Below the pieces are notes generated by a model. The model ran no database searches and had not been told where the DNA came from. It was given only the letters and a program-made list of their open reading frames with translations. A DNA stretch of 64,000 nt from an uncultured Candidatus Saccharibacteria bacterium (GTDB taxonomy: Bacteria > Patescibacteriota > CPR2 > UBA1875 > CAIMLA01), in contig CAZXMN010000001.1 of the NCBI GenBank assembly GCA_964641375.1, positions 2,185-66,184 on the forward strand. The letters run 5' to 3'. Numbering within the stretch: position 1 is the stretch's first letter; every line of letters begins with the position of its first letter. Below are positions 47,869 through 56,761 of this stretch, in pieces. The translations under genes were made by a program, and so were the position numbers.

Positions 47869-49266
47869 ATGTATCCCGTAGTCGCTATCATTGGTCGACC
47901 AAATGTCGGCAAATCAACACTATTTAACCGAATTACCGGTAGAAGGAGAGCTGTCACAGCTGACCTTGCCGGGACTACTCGTGATCGTTTGTACGCAAAG
48001 TGTGACTGGAATAGCCATGAATTTATTCTCGTTGATACAGCCGGAATCGAAGTTGGTGATGCAAAAAACAGTGTTTATGCCCGCCTTGACTCAGACGTTC
48101 AGGAACAAGTTTTGCTTGCCCTAGATGAAGCTGACGTTATTCTATTCGTTGTTGACGTCCAAACAGGGCCGACCGACCAAGATAGACGCGCTATCAAATT
48201 AGTTTTCAAAAGCGGAAAACCTTTTGTTCTTATAGCCAATAAATACGATAGCGAGAAATACCTGCCCAACGTTTCTGATCTTTATTCTCTTGGAGCCAAA
48301 GAAGTTCTGCCGATTGCAGCTCTAACCGGTAGGGGAACCGGTGATTTAATGGATAAAATCGTTGAAAATATTGAGAACGTCATCCCTACAGACAAGGGGA
48401 TTGAGCTAGAGCAAGAAGGAATCAATGTTGCCATTGCTGGTAGACCAAATGTGGGAAAATCCAGCACTATGAATGCTCTTATCGGTAAGAATAAGGCTGT
48501 TGTCTCTGAAGTCGCCGGTACCACAAGAGACTTTACTATTGCCACACTCACGACCGAGAAGGGCAAAATTAATTTTATTGATACCGCAGGTATCCGTCGT
48601 CGTGGCAAAGTAGGCAAGGTAGAAGAGGGTCGTGTAGAAGGCCAAATTGAGAAGTACTCGGTTATGCGCTCCTTCAGAGCTATAGAAGGTGCTGATGTGG
48701 TTTTACTAATCGTGGATCCTACTGAAGGGCTCACGGCTCAGGATTTACACATAGCAGGCTTCGCCAAAGATCAACACAAGGGCATCATAATCGTCGTCAA
48801 TAAGTGGGACGCGGTAGAGAAAGACGAGATGGACATGAATCGTTATCTGACATATTTTCATAACAAAATCTCTTTCTTGCCTTATGCGCCTATCGTCTTT
48901 ATTTCAGCAAAAAATGGTAAAAACGTCGACAAAATAGCTGATATCATTTTCGAAGTTGGTGTCAGTAGATCAAAACATATTCCAACTGCAGAATTAAACT
49001 TAAGACTCGGTGACGATGTCCTCAGAAAGCCACCGTCAGCTGTCCGTGGCAGTTTACCTAAGATTAACTATATTACACAGGCCGAGACTAATCCGCCAAC
49101 ATTTATTTTTTTCGTCAATAAACCAGAATTAATTCATTTCTCGTACAAACGCTTTCTAGAGAACAGGATTCGCGAACATTGGGACTTCACCGGAACGCCG
49201 GTAAACCTAGTTTTCAAGAGAAAGAATGTAGACTATAATATGGACAAGAAAAAGAAACGCAACTAG
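47869..49266 (+). CDS. der: Ribosome-associated GTPase Der/EngA
   Basis: Two tandem G domains (GRPNVGKS x2) plus a KH-like C-terminus. Confidence 0.92.
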   Translation: MYPVVAIIGRPNVGKSTLFNRITGRRRAVTADLAGTTRDRLYAKCDWNSHEFILVDTAGIEVGDAKNSVYARLDSDVQEQVLLALDEADVILFVVDVQTGPTDQDRRAIKLVFKSGKPFVLIANKYDSEKYLPNVSDLYSLGAKEVLPIAALTGRGTGDLMDKIVENIENVIPTDKGIELEQEGINVAIAGRPNVGKSSTMNALIGKNKAVVSEVAGTTRDFTIATLTTEKGKINFIDTAGIRRRGKVGKVEEGRVEGQIEKYSVMRSFRAIEGADVVLLIVDPTEGLTAQDLHIAGFAKDQHKGIIIVVNKWDAVEKDEMDMNRYLTYFHNKISFLPYAPIVFISAKNGKNVDKIADIIFEVGVSRSKHIPTAELNLRLGDDVLRKPPSAVRGSLPKINYITQAETNPPTFIFFVNKPELIHFSYKRFLENRIREHWDFTGTPVNLVFKRKNVDYNMDKKKKRN

Positions 49267-49275
49267 GAGGGTTCG

Positions 49276-49830
49276 TTGAAACTGATTGTTGGACTTGGTA
49301 ACCCAGGAAAAGAATATGACGGCACTCGTCACAACTTTGGTTTTGCTGTACTCGATGCCATTGCCGCGAAACATGATGCATCCTTCAATCTCGACAAGAA
49401 ATTTAAGGCTGAAATCTGCGAGCTTTTTATAAACGGCGAGAAAATAATTATGGCAAAGCCACAAACTTTTATGAACAAATCAGGCGAATCTGTTCGTGAA
49501 ATCGTTGGCTACTTTAATATTTCCAACGACCGCGTCTGGGTAACTTATGATGACATCGATCTCGAGATTGGTAGTGTCAGAGTCAGGAAGAACGGAAGCT
49601 CTGGCGGCCACAAAGGAGTGCAGTCGATTATCGATAATATCGGCACTGAGAATTTCGTTCGTTTCCGTCTGGGCATCAAATCAGCTGAATGTGATTTTCT
49701 CTCTACTGAAGAGGTTGTTCTCCAGAAATTCTGCAAAGATGAAGAAAAGCCAATGAAGGAAGCTATAAATAAAGCTGTTGCTGAGATTGAAAAAGCTATT
49801 AATGAAGGTGTGGTACATTTAAGCATTTAG
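49276..49830 (+). CDS. pth: Peptidyl-tRNA hydrolase
   Basis: MKLIVGLGNPGKEYDGTRHNFGF N-terminus. Confidence 0.92.
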   Translation: MKLIVGLGNPGKEYDGTRHNFGFAVLDAIAAKHDASFNLDKKFKAEICELFINGEKIIMAKPQTFMNKSGESVREIVGYFNISNDRVWVTYDDIDLEIGSVRVRKNGSSGGHKGVQSIIDNIGTENFVRFRLGIKSAECDFLSTEEVVLQKFCKDEEKPMKEAINKAVAEIEKAINEGVVHLSI

Positions 49831-49862
49831 CTTAATAAATCATTATTGTTCAAGCATCTCGA

Positions 49863-49882
49863 GAACCTCCCGGTTCTTTTTT
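49863..49882 (+). terminator. Terminator after pth
   Basis: GAACC/GGTTC stem plus TTTTTT. Confidence 0.65.
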
Positions 49883-49883
49883 A

Positions 49884-49912
49884 TTTACAAAATCATAGAA
49901 ATCTTGTATAAT
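49884..49912 (+). promoter_or_regulatory. Sigma70-like promoter TTTACA-N17-TATAAT upstream of GC-rich cassette B
   Basis: Seen in sequence. Confidence 0.5.
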
Positions 49913-49973
49913 GCCGTGGAATCTAACAAGAACAATGATTTGTACACATCGGATAACCTGGGAGGTGAACGGC

Positions 49974-50192
49974 ATGACTATTAGCCAGCCGGCTCAAACG
50001 GCTACATTCTTTGGTTGGCAAGAAGATCCACAAGGCATCGGGGATCCACACCAGGTCGAGCCTGACAACGCCTGCGTCATCGAGATCTGCTTCTTCTGTC
50101 ATCGGAAATTCGAGGTGGCCAAGGGGGAGCCCAAGAGCAACGTCTGCCCGGCCTGCTACCACCGTTCTACGGCGTCCACTGAAGGAAGGTGA
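49974..50192 (+). CDS. GC-rich small zinc-ribbon protein (cassette B, gene 1)
   Basis: GGAGGTG RBS plus ATG. CFFCH...CPACYH arrangement. About 62% GC. Confidence 0.45.
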   Translation: MTISQPAQTATFFGWQEDPQGIGDPHQVEPDNACVIEICFFCHRKFEVAKGEPKSNVCPACYHRSTASTEGR

Positions 50193-50197
50193 AAGGC

Positions 50198-50389
50198 GTG
50201 CCCGATAGGATATTCCTAACTGGCCTTACCGATAAGCAAGACGATCGAGTTCGGATTCCTCTCCTCGAAGAGGATGGGGTCACTCCGAACGACAACGCTC
50301 ACGCTATCGTTCAAGTTCTCGGCATGATGGGCATCAGCATCCCGAATGTCATGCGCGGGACTGGCCTGGAGAGGATTGGCGGACACTAA
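50198..50389 (+). CDS. GC-rich small protein (cassette B, gene 2)
   Basis: GTG start after GGAAGG RBS. 63 aa. No domain recognised. Confidence 0.4.
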   Translation: MPDRIFLTGLTDKQDDRVRIPLLEEDGVTPNDNAHAIVQVLGMMGISIPNVMRGTGLERIGGH

Positions 50390-50423
50390 TCCACCAACTC
50401 TCTCAAGAACAAGGTAAATGACA

Positions 50424-50478
50424 CGACCCGTCTAGGGAGGACACACGACACTCGTCGTACCGTCTTTCACTGACGGGT
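50424..50478 (+). terminator. GC-rich hairpin closing cassette B (GACCCGTC...GACGGGTC) followed by T-rich tract
   Basis: 8-9 bp perfect stem with a structured 39 nt loop, then TTCTCTTTATCT. Confidence 0.4.
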
Positions 50479-50839
50479 CTTCTCTTTATCTAATTTTGTC
50501 CACTTTTATAGCCAAAATATATTATATAAAGTAAAAGAGCCGCGAATAGCGACTCTTTTACTTTGTTTCAAAGTTCTCCCAGATATGCAACACCGTCCGA
50601 AGACTTGACCTAGCCCAAAACTAATTGGCTGGCGGTTGCAGGGAGAACCCTACCAACAAGTAAGCTTAAAGGAGGGTGTCTAAGGCATTACTCATTGATA
50701 GGGCACTCGCGGCAACGTGCTGATGGGGAAACTTACTGTCAAACGTCATCCTGTTTTTAGGTTGACATATTATTCTAGCATTAATAACACTTTTTGTCAA
50801 GCATTTTTTGGAGGGGATGTGGATAAGGTATTAGACTAG

Positions 50840-51133
50840 TATAAATATTGGCTTACACTAGGTAAAAACACGAGCTTCTCTGCAGGACTTTTCAAGGAAA
50901 TTTACGCTTGTGGCGAGCCAATTAACGAAGTTTTTCATACTGAGGAGTCCAAACTTCGAAGTCTCAAACTCTCAAAGAAGTGCATTGAAGAGATTGTAAA
51001 TTCTAGGAATAATTATGATCCAAAAGAGGTAATTAACGAACTTTCGAAGATTCATGTGAAGCCTCTATTTATCTTTGATAGTGATTATCCGGCGCAGTTA
51101 CGCGAAATTGCTGATCCGCCATTCTTACTCTAA
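50840..51133 (+). pseudogene. dprA: dprA remnant (N-terminal about 95 codons only, no start codon) immediately upstream of topA
   Basis: Open frame encodes ...KIHVKPLFIFDSDYPAQLREIADPPFLL, matching the conserved DprA motif (B. subtilis Smf IQIVTIFDDDYPQALREIYDPPAVLF). Stop follows directly. The Rossmann-fold body is absent. Confidence 0.55.
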
Positions 51134-51181
51134 CTCTATATCTATATGAGAGGAGAGAATGACAATTGACATTGAGCAGAA

Positions 51182-53194
51182 ATGTCTATACCATTTAATA
51201 TTGCTATGATACTCGTAATAGTTGAATCGCCCGCGAAAGGCAAAACAATTGAGAAATATCTGGGGGAAGGCTACAAAGTCCTGGCCTCTTTTGGCCATGT
51301 CCGTGATTTACCAAAAAGCAAACTTGGTATCGACATCGAGAATGGTTTCGAACCCGAATATGTCATTCCGATTAAAGCAAAGAAAGTTCTGACAAACCTT
51401 CGAACGGCTGCCAAAAGTGCAGATAAAGTCTTGCTCGCAACTGACCCCGACCGCGAGGGAGAGGCAATTTCTTGGCACCTTCGGGAAGCTTTGGGTCTGA
51501 AAGAGAAAGACTACGACCGTATCGAATTTCACGAGATTACAAAAGACGCAATTCAGTTCGCCGCGGGGCATCCGCGCAAAATTAATGAAGATCTAGTTGA
51601 TGCTCAGCAGGCCCGTCGCGTCCTCGATAGACTCGTCGGCTATAACCTTAGTCCGCTCCTGTGGCGCAAGATTCGTAAAGGACTATCAGCTGGTCGTGTC
51701 CAGTCTGTGGCCGTCAAACTTATCGTCGATCGTGAGCGCGAGATACAGGACTTCAAACCGGTCGAATATTGGGAAATCAGCGCTGATCTAAAGGCGTCAG
51801 ATAGTCATGAATTTAATGCGAGACTTGCCAAGAAAGACGGCAAAAGCGTTGAGATAGGGAACAAGAAAACGGCTGATGCTATCTTGTCCGATTTGGAAAA
51901 AGCTAATTATGTAGTTAGTAAGGTTGAAACCAAAGATGTTAAACGTAGCCCAGCGGCGCCTTTTACAACTTCTACACTTCAGCAAGAGGCCGCGCGCAAA
52001 TTGAGATATAGCTCCAAGAGAACTATGGCAATTGCCCAACAACTTTATGAAGGTATCGATGTCGGCGAAGGTTCTGCCGGTCTCATCACCTATATGCGTA
52101 CAGATTCAACAAACCTATCTAGCCAAGCCCTAAACGAGATTCGTAAATATATTGAACAAAAAATTAGTTCAGATTTCTTGCCTGCAAAACCTCGTGTATA
52201 TAGAAAAGCCAAAGCAGCTCAAGAAGCTCATGAAGCCGTCAGACCAACCAGTGTGAGTCACACTCCTGAAAGCATCAAGAGTTACCTCAGCCCCGAGCAA
52301 TTTAAGCTCTACGAGCTTATCTGGAAACGAACTGTTGCCAGTCAAATGGCTGATGCTATTTATGCCCAGACAAGTGTAGATGTTGCTGCGGGAGTTTACA
52401 CTCTCCGCGCCAGTGGCCGCACTATCAAATTCAAAGGTTTTATGTCTGTTTATCTGGAAGGTGAAGAAGAAACACAGACAGAAGAAATGGCCGAATTTAG
52501 GCTGCCAAATTTGAAAGAAAATGATAAATGTGATCTTCAGAAATTGAACTCTGATCAAAAATTCACTGAGCCACCAGCTAGATATACCGAGGCTTCTCTC
52601 ATTAAAACACTTGAAGAAAATGGTATTGGTCGTCCATCGACATACGCCCCAACTATCTCAACTATTCAGGACAGGGGATATGTCCGTATTGAACAAAGAA
52701 AGTTCTATCCTGAGGACATCGCTTTTATAGTCACAGACCTACTTCGCGATCATTTTCCATTTGTTGTCAGTGTCGATTTCACAGCCAATATGGAAAAGGA
52801 ACTCGATGAAATCGCCGAAGGACACATGGATTGGGTTCTTGTCATGAAGGAATTCTGGGAACCTTTCAAACAAGATTTGGATAAAGCTCAGACAAATGTT
52901 GAGAAAGTGAACACTGACCGCGAAACTGACGAAATCTGTGAGAAATGCGGCAAGCCAATGGTAATTAAGACTGGCCGATATGGTGAGTTCCTGGCCTGTA
53001 CCGGTTTCCCAGAATGCAAAAACGCCAAGCCTTTACCCCAGAAATCCCTCGGCAAATGTCCTGATTGTAAAGAAGGTGATATAGTAGAACGCAAGACTAA
53101 ACGAGGTAAGAAATTCTGGGGCTGCTCTAGATACCCGGAATGCAAATGGGCAACTTGGGATAAACCAAAAACAAAAGAAAACGAGGAGGAATAA
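51182..53194 (+). CDS. topA: DNA topoisomerase I
   Basis: TOPRIM N-terminus LVIVESPAKGKTIEKYLG, active-site Tyr region, C-terminal zinc ribbons (CEKCGKP...CTGFPECK). Confidence 0.93.
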   Translation: MSIPFNIAMILVIVESPAKGKTIEKYLGEGYKVLASFGHVRDLPKSKLGIDIENGFEPEYVIPIKAKKVLTNLRTAAKSADKVLLATDPDREGEAISWHLREALGLKEKDYDRIEFHEITKDAIQFAAGHPRKINEDLVDAQQARRVLDRLVGYNLSPLLWRKIRKGLSAGRVQSVAVKLIVDREREIQDFKPVEYWEISADLKASDSHEFNARLAKKDGKSVEIGNKKTADAILSDLEKANYVVSKVETKDVKRSPAAPFTTSTLQQEAARKLRYSSKRTMAIAQQLYEGIDVGEGSAGLITYMRTDSTNLSSQALNEIRKYIEQKISSDFLPAKPRVYRKAKAAQEAHEAVRPTSVSHTPESIKSYLSPEQFKLYELIWKRTVASQMADAIYAQTSVDVAAGVYTLRASGRTIKFKGFMSVYLEGEEETQTEEMAEFRLPNLKENDKCDLQKLNSDQKFTEPPARYTEASLIKTLEENGIGRPSTYAPTISTIQDRGYVRIEQRKFYPEDIAFIVTDLLRDHFPFVVSVDFTANMEKELDEIAEGHMDWVLVMKEFWEPFKQDLDKAQTNVEKVNTDRETDEICEKCGKPMVIKTGRYGEFLACTGFPECKNAKPLPQKSLGKCPDCKEGDIVERKTKRGKKFWGCSRYPECKWATWDKPKTKENEEE

Positions 53195-53297
53195 TGTCAA
53201 AAGGTAAAGACGCGAAAAAACAGGTAAAAAAACCGAAAAGAGACAAAAAGCCAAAGGGCGTCCAAATAGCTTCTTCTACACAAACCAATTAGTAAAA

Positions 53298-53322
53298 AGA
53301 GACCAGAAGGTCTCTTTTTTTT
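53298..53322 (+). terminator. Rho-independent terminator after topA and small ORF
   Basis: AGAGACC/GGTCTCT stem plus TTTTTTTT. Confidence 0.75.
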
Positions 53323-53389
53323 GTTCGACCAGTCATGGTCATACCTATAGTGGTAAAATATAATAGTAAGGAAAGCTAAAAAAGGAGTA

Positions 53390-53737
53390 TTGATGAACGT
53401 TTTATACGTATATGGTTATTTCGTCGTAGCAATAATCTTTTTACTCTTGGGCTGGATCCTCGGTAGAGCCGACCTAAAACAAACTAGAACATATGCGCTT
53501 AGTCGCGACAATCTGATTAATGGTCTCCTCGGTGTTAGCTTGCTCCAATTTCAGAAAGTAGTTGGTCTCAGCAAACAAAATATGGAAATGATAGCAGACA
53601 CATTGGTACCTCCAAAAAATAAAAAGGAAGCCAGTCAAATCATTGACCATACATTTACCGATTTTTCCAGAGAGCTATTTATCGAGACTCTAGAGAAAAT
53701 GTTAGGAGTTACAATTAATGAGAAAAAACCATTATAA
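53390..53737 (+). CDS. Hypothetical protein with N-terminal TM helix
   Basis: 115 aa ORF. Hydrophobic N-terminus. Confidence 0.4.
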   Translation: MMNVLYVYGYFVVAIIFLLLGWILGRADLKQTRTYALSRDNLINGLLGVSLLQFQKVVGLSKQNMEMIADTLVPPKNKKEASQIIDHTFTDFSRELFIETLEKMLGVTINEKKPL

Positions 53738-53746
53738 GGAGAAAAA

Positions 53747-54133
53747 ATGACTAATCAGATAGAAAAAGTTTATACTATAGGTGTCGATATCGATAAAGTC
53801 TGGGCTGCACTGACAGATCCGACTGAGATCAGAGGCTGGGGTGGTGGTCCTGCAAAGATGAATGCTTTCGAAGATACAGATTTTTCGCTCTGGGGTGGTG
53901 ATATATATGGCCGAAACATTGAAATAAGTGCACCAAACTATTTGAAACAAGAGTGGTATAGCGGAACCTGGAAAGAGCCATCATTTGTCGAGTTTCATTT
54001 GACAGAAAGAAATGGTCAAACTGAGCTTAGACTAATTCAGAACAAAGTACCAGAGAATGAAAAAGATGAGATCGATGCCGGTTGGGATGATTATTACCTC
54101 GGCGCTATAAAAAGCTATTTAGAATCAAAATAA
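53747..54133 (+). CDS. SRPBCC-superfamily protein (AHSA1/Aha1-like domain)
   Basis: VYTIGVDIDKVWAALTDPTEIRGW typical of the Aha1/SRPBCC fold. Confidence 0.65.
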   Translation: MTNQIEKVYTIGVDIDKVWAALTDPTEIRGWGGGPAKMNAFEDTDFSLWGGDIYGRNIEISAPNYLKQEWYSGTWKEPSFVEFHLTERNGQTELRLIQNKVPENEKDEIDAGWDDYYLGAIKSYLESK

Positions 54134-54651
54134 TGACTAGAAAAACAGAGAAAACATATTTTGCCGGAGGTTGTTTCTGGTGTATGGAAGCAGCCTTTGA
54201 GTTGGTACCCGGCGTGGTAAACATTACCTCTGGCTACACTGGTGGTTTAACTGAAAATCCTAAATATGAGCAAGTTCTTACCGGTAAAACCGGCCATGCC
54301 GAAACGGTTGAAATCGAATATGATCCGGTTGCGGTTAGTTTCTCTAAGCTGTTGGACTTATTTTTCAAAGTTCATGATCCGGGCCAGAAGAATCGCCAAG
54401 GAAACGATATTGGCAATCAATATCGTTCGGCCATCTTTTACACGAACGACGAACAAAAGAAGGCTGCCGAGAAGGCCATAGAGAAACTAAAAAATCTAGG
54501 TAGTTATCTCGATATATATACTGAGATTTCTCTATTTACGAAGTTTTGGCCAGCTGAAGCTTATCATCAAAATTATTTTGAGAAACATCCGGAACAAGCT
54601 TATTGTCAGGCAATTATCAGACCAAAAGTGGATAAATTTAAAATATTTTAG
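54133..54651 (+). CDS. msrA: Peptide methionine sulfoxide reductase A
   Basis: GGCFWCMEAAF active-site motif. Confidence 0.92.
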   Translation: MTRKTEKTYFAGGCFWCMEAAFELVPGVVNITSGYTGGLTENPKYEQVLTGKTGHAETVEIEYDPVAVSFSKLLDLFFKVHDPGQKNRQGNDIGNQYRSAIFYTNDEQKKAAEKAIEKLKNLGSYLDIYTEISLFTKFWPAEAYHQNYFEKHPEQAYCQAIIRPKVDKFKIF

Positions 54652-54660
54652 GAAAATAAT

Positions 54661-55041
54661 ATGGCAAAACAGATAAACCCCAACCTGAACGAAGAACAGA
54701 AAAAAATCCTCTTTGAACATGGCACTGAAGTGCCGTTTAGCGGCGAGTTCTATTTGAATAGAGAAGAAGGCATCTTTCACTGCGCCAATTGCGATAACTC
54801 TCTTTTTCGTTCCAAAGAACAATTTGACAGCGGCTGTGGTTGGCCTAGTTTTACAGATCCTATAATCAAAGAAGCTGTAATTTACCGAGAAGATGACTCA
54901 CTGGGCGTGCTCCGTACAGAAGTTCTGTGTGGAAAATGTGGTGCTCATCTCGGTCATGTTTTTCCTGACGGACCAGCACCAACGCACCAAAGATTCTGTA
55001 TCAATTCTGCTGTTTTGAATCTAGAAAAACCAGAAAAATAA
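54661..55041 (+). CDS. msrB: Peptide methionine sulfoxide reductase B
   Basis: CxxC zinc pairs and GWPSF/HLGHVF motifs. Confidence 0.92.
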   Translation: MAKQINPNLNEEQKKILFEHGTEVPFSGEFYLNREEGIFHCANCDNSLFRSKEQFDSGCGWPSFTDPIIKEAVIYREDDSLGVLRTEVLCGKCGAHLGHVFPDGPAPTHQRFCINSAVLNLEKPEK

Positions 55042-55042
55042 A

Positions 55043-55067
55043 TAGAGGCTGAAAGGGGCAGCCTCTA
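55043..55067. terminator. Hairpin (weak terminator) after msrB
   Basis: TAGAGGCTG/CAGCCTCTA stem. Poor U-tract. Confidence 0.4.
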
Positions 55068-55271
55068 TTATAGGGTGAGGTGAACTATATTATTTTGTTG
55101 TTTGTTGTTTGTAAGTGACACCCCGTGTCATATATTTTTCGTATACTTCCTCCTTTCTTTATTTGCGTTAACAGTATTCTAAAACCCATTTCTGTGATGC
55201 GGCTGAGGATTATTTCTGCCCTTGCCGAAAGTAGAATAAAACGATACGATAGGTATGTAATAGGAGGGAAT

Positions 55272-56057
55272 ATGCCAACAAAGACAAAATCAACTGAAAA
55301 AACATTCAGCGGACTTCGTAAGTTCAATATTTTTATGGGTTTTCTGCATCTCGTCCAGGGAGTTGCTATTCTGAAGCTCGCAACTTCTTTCGCGCTTCCA
55401 GTCACAACTTCATTTTTACAATTTAATTTGATGTCTCATAAACTACTACCAGTGACGGAGCAGAGGTTTACGCTTCAAATCGCTCCACTAATTGCACTCT
55501 TTCTGTTTCTCTCGGCTGCAGCCCATTTCATTATTTCACTACCCAAAGTTTATGAATGGTACGTCGCTAATCTGAAGAAGGGGGCGAATTATATGCGTTG
55601 GGTTGAATATGCTTTCAGCTCTTCAATTATGATGGTAGTCATCGCAATGCTTGTTGGCGTTTATGACGGCGTCAGTCTAATGTTAATCTTCGCCTTGAAC
55701 GCCTGTATGATACTCTTCGGTTGGATGATGGAACTTCACAACCAATCGACTCAGAAGACGAACTGGACAGCCTATATATTCGGCACATTAGCCGGCATCG
55801 TGCCTTGGATTGCAGTCGCTATCTATTTATTTGGAGCCGGCGGGGTCACTGGCCACACTCCTACATTCGTATACTGGATATTCTTCTCAATATTCGTATT
55901 CTTTGACATTTTTGCCTTAAATCAATTTCTACAATATAAAAAGATTGGTCCATGGAAGAACTATATCTATGGAGAAAGAGTCTATATAATTCTCTCGCTA
56001 GTTGCCAAATCTCTGCTAGCCTGGCAAGTCTTTTTCGGCACTTTACGACCACTTTAA
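55272..56057 (+). CDS. Heliorhodopsin (7TM retinal-binding, inverted topology family)
   Basis: TAGGAGGG RBS plus ATG. Long collinear matches to heliorhodopsin 48C12 recalled from memory: NIFMGFLHLVQGVAILKL, MRWVEYAFSSSIMMVVIA, NACMILFGWMMEL, GIVPWIAVAIYLFGAG, YKKIGPWKNYIYGERVYIILSLVAKSLLAWQ, including the TM7 Schiff-base Lys in SLVAKS. Confidence 0.85.
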   Translation: MPTKTKSTEKTFSGLRKFNIFMGFLHLVQGVAILKLATSFALPVTTSFLQFNLMSHKLLPVTEQRFTLQIAPLIALFLFLSAAAHFIISLPKVYEWYVANLKKGANYMRWVEYAFSSSIMMVVIAMLVGVYDGVSLMLIFALNACMILFGWMMELHNQSTQKTNWTAYIFGTLAGIVPWIAVAIYLFGAGGVTGHTPTFVYWIFFSIFVFFDIFALNQFLQYKKIGPWKNYIYGERVYIILSLVAKSLLAWQVFFGTLRPL

Positions 56058-56082
56058 GCTATAACTATTCTATAAAACATTA

Positions 56083-56110
56083 TTGACTAATAGGTTTTTT
56101 AGGGTATAAT
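56083..56110 (+). promoter_or_regulatory. Near-consensus sigma70 promoter TTGACT-N16-TATAAT upstream of GC-rich cassette C
   Basis: Seen in sequence. Followed by the GTCCGA-gtttgaa-TCGGAC hairpin at 56123-56141. Confidence 0.55.
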
Positions 56111-56168
56111 ATCTCTCGAATAGTCCGAGTTTGAATCGGACAACCACTATCTCGAGGGGAGAACGGGG

Positions 56169-56546
56169 ATGAGGGGGCAAGGGTTCGATTGGCTTGCTCG
56201 CAGACTCAGGGCAAGTCGCTCATGCAAGGCGTATTTCGATCACACGGTTCCGAACCCGCCGGCCATCAAGGTCATCTGGTATGACCACGTCGACGAGCCC
56301 CACTCCATGATCTTCCGTCTCGACTTCAAGGATGCTGACTGGGCGAGATGCTCCAGTTGGTTCACCAACGACGAGCTCATGTCCGTCTGGGACTGTCTGA
56401 GCGATCTGGGGGAGCATAGCTCCACCGAGTACGAACTGCTCAGGCATTTCCGCCGGCTTCTGCTCGACCGTTCGATCCGGGTGGTCCTGCCGACGAAGAC
56501 GACCGTGACAACTACCACCGAAGCCGCCCCCGCATTCGCGGCCTGA
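56169..56546 (+). CDS. GC-rich hypothetical protein (cassette C), 125 aa
   Basis: GAGGGGAGAACGGGG RBS plus ATG. About 62% GC. Thr-rich C-terminus. No domain recognised. Confidence 0.5.
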   Translation: MRGQGFDWLARRLRASRSCKAYFDHTVPNPPAIKVIWYDHVDEPHSMIFRLDFKDADWARCSSWFTNDELMSVWDCLSDLGEHSSTEYELLRHFRRLLLDRSIRVVLPTKTTVTTTTEAAPAFAA

Positions 56547-56551
56547 CCACA

Positions 56552-56610
56552 CAACGCGCGCCCGCAACGAGCACTCTCAAGAGAGCCCGTTCCGGGCGCT
56601 CTTGCTTTTC
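56552..56610 (+). repeat. About 57 bp 3' cassette element, copy 1 (contains 12 bp-stem GC hairpin CAAGAGAGCCCG/CGGGCGCTCTTG plus CTTTT)
   Basis: About 85% identical to 57984-58040, including the identical core CCCGTTCCGGGCGCTCTTGCTTT. Confidence 0.6.
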
Positions 56611-56761
56611 AACCTTAAATGATATGCACTTATTCCCTATGGTTGGGCTATTAGTTGAAAAGGGGAGTATAATATAAATATCAAGCAATAACTCCAAATA
56701 TGGAGATGTTTAATGTTTAACGTCCATTACCGGCCTCGGTTAGGGGTCAGAAAGAGATAAC

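Noticed and set aside
50500-50836. SRP RNA, tmRNA or RNase P RNA in the gap before the dprA relic
   Set aside because: None of the conserved motifs I remember (GGAAGCAGCC-type SRP domain IV, tmRNA termini, RNase P P4 sequences) are present.
52169-52558. 129 aa ORF antisense inside topA
   Set aside because: Embedded in a highly conserved CDS with no RBS or domain.
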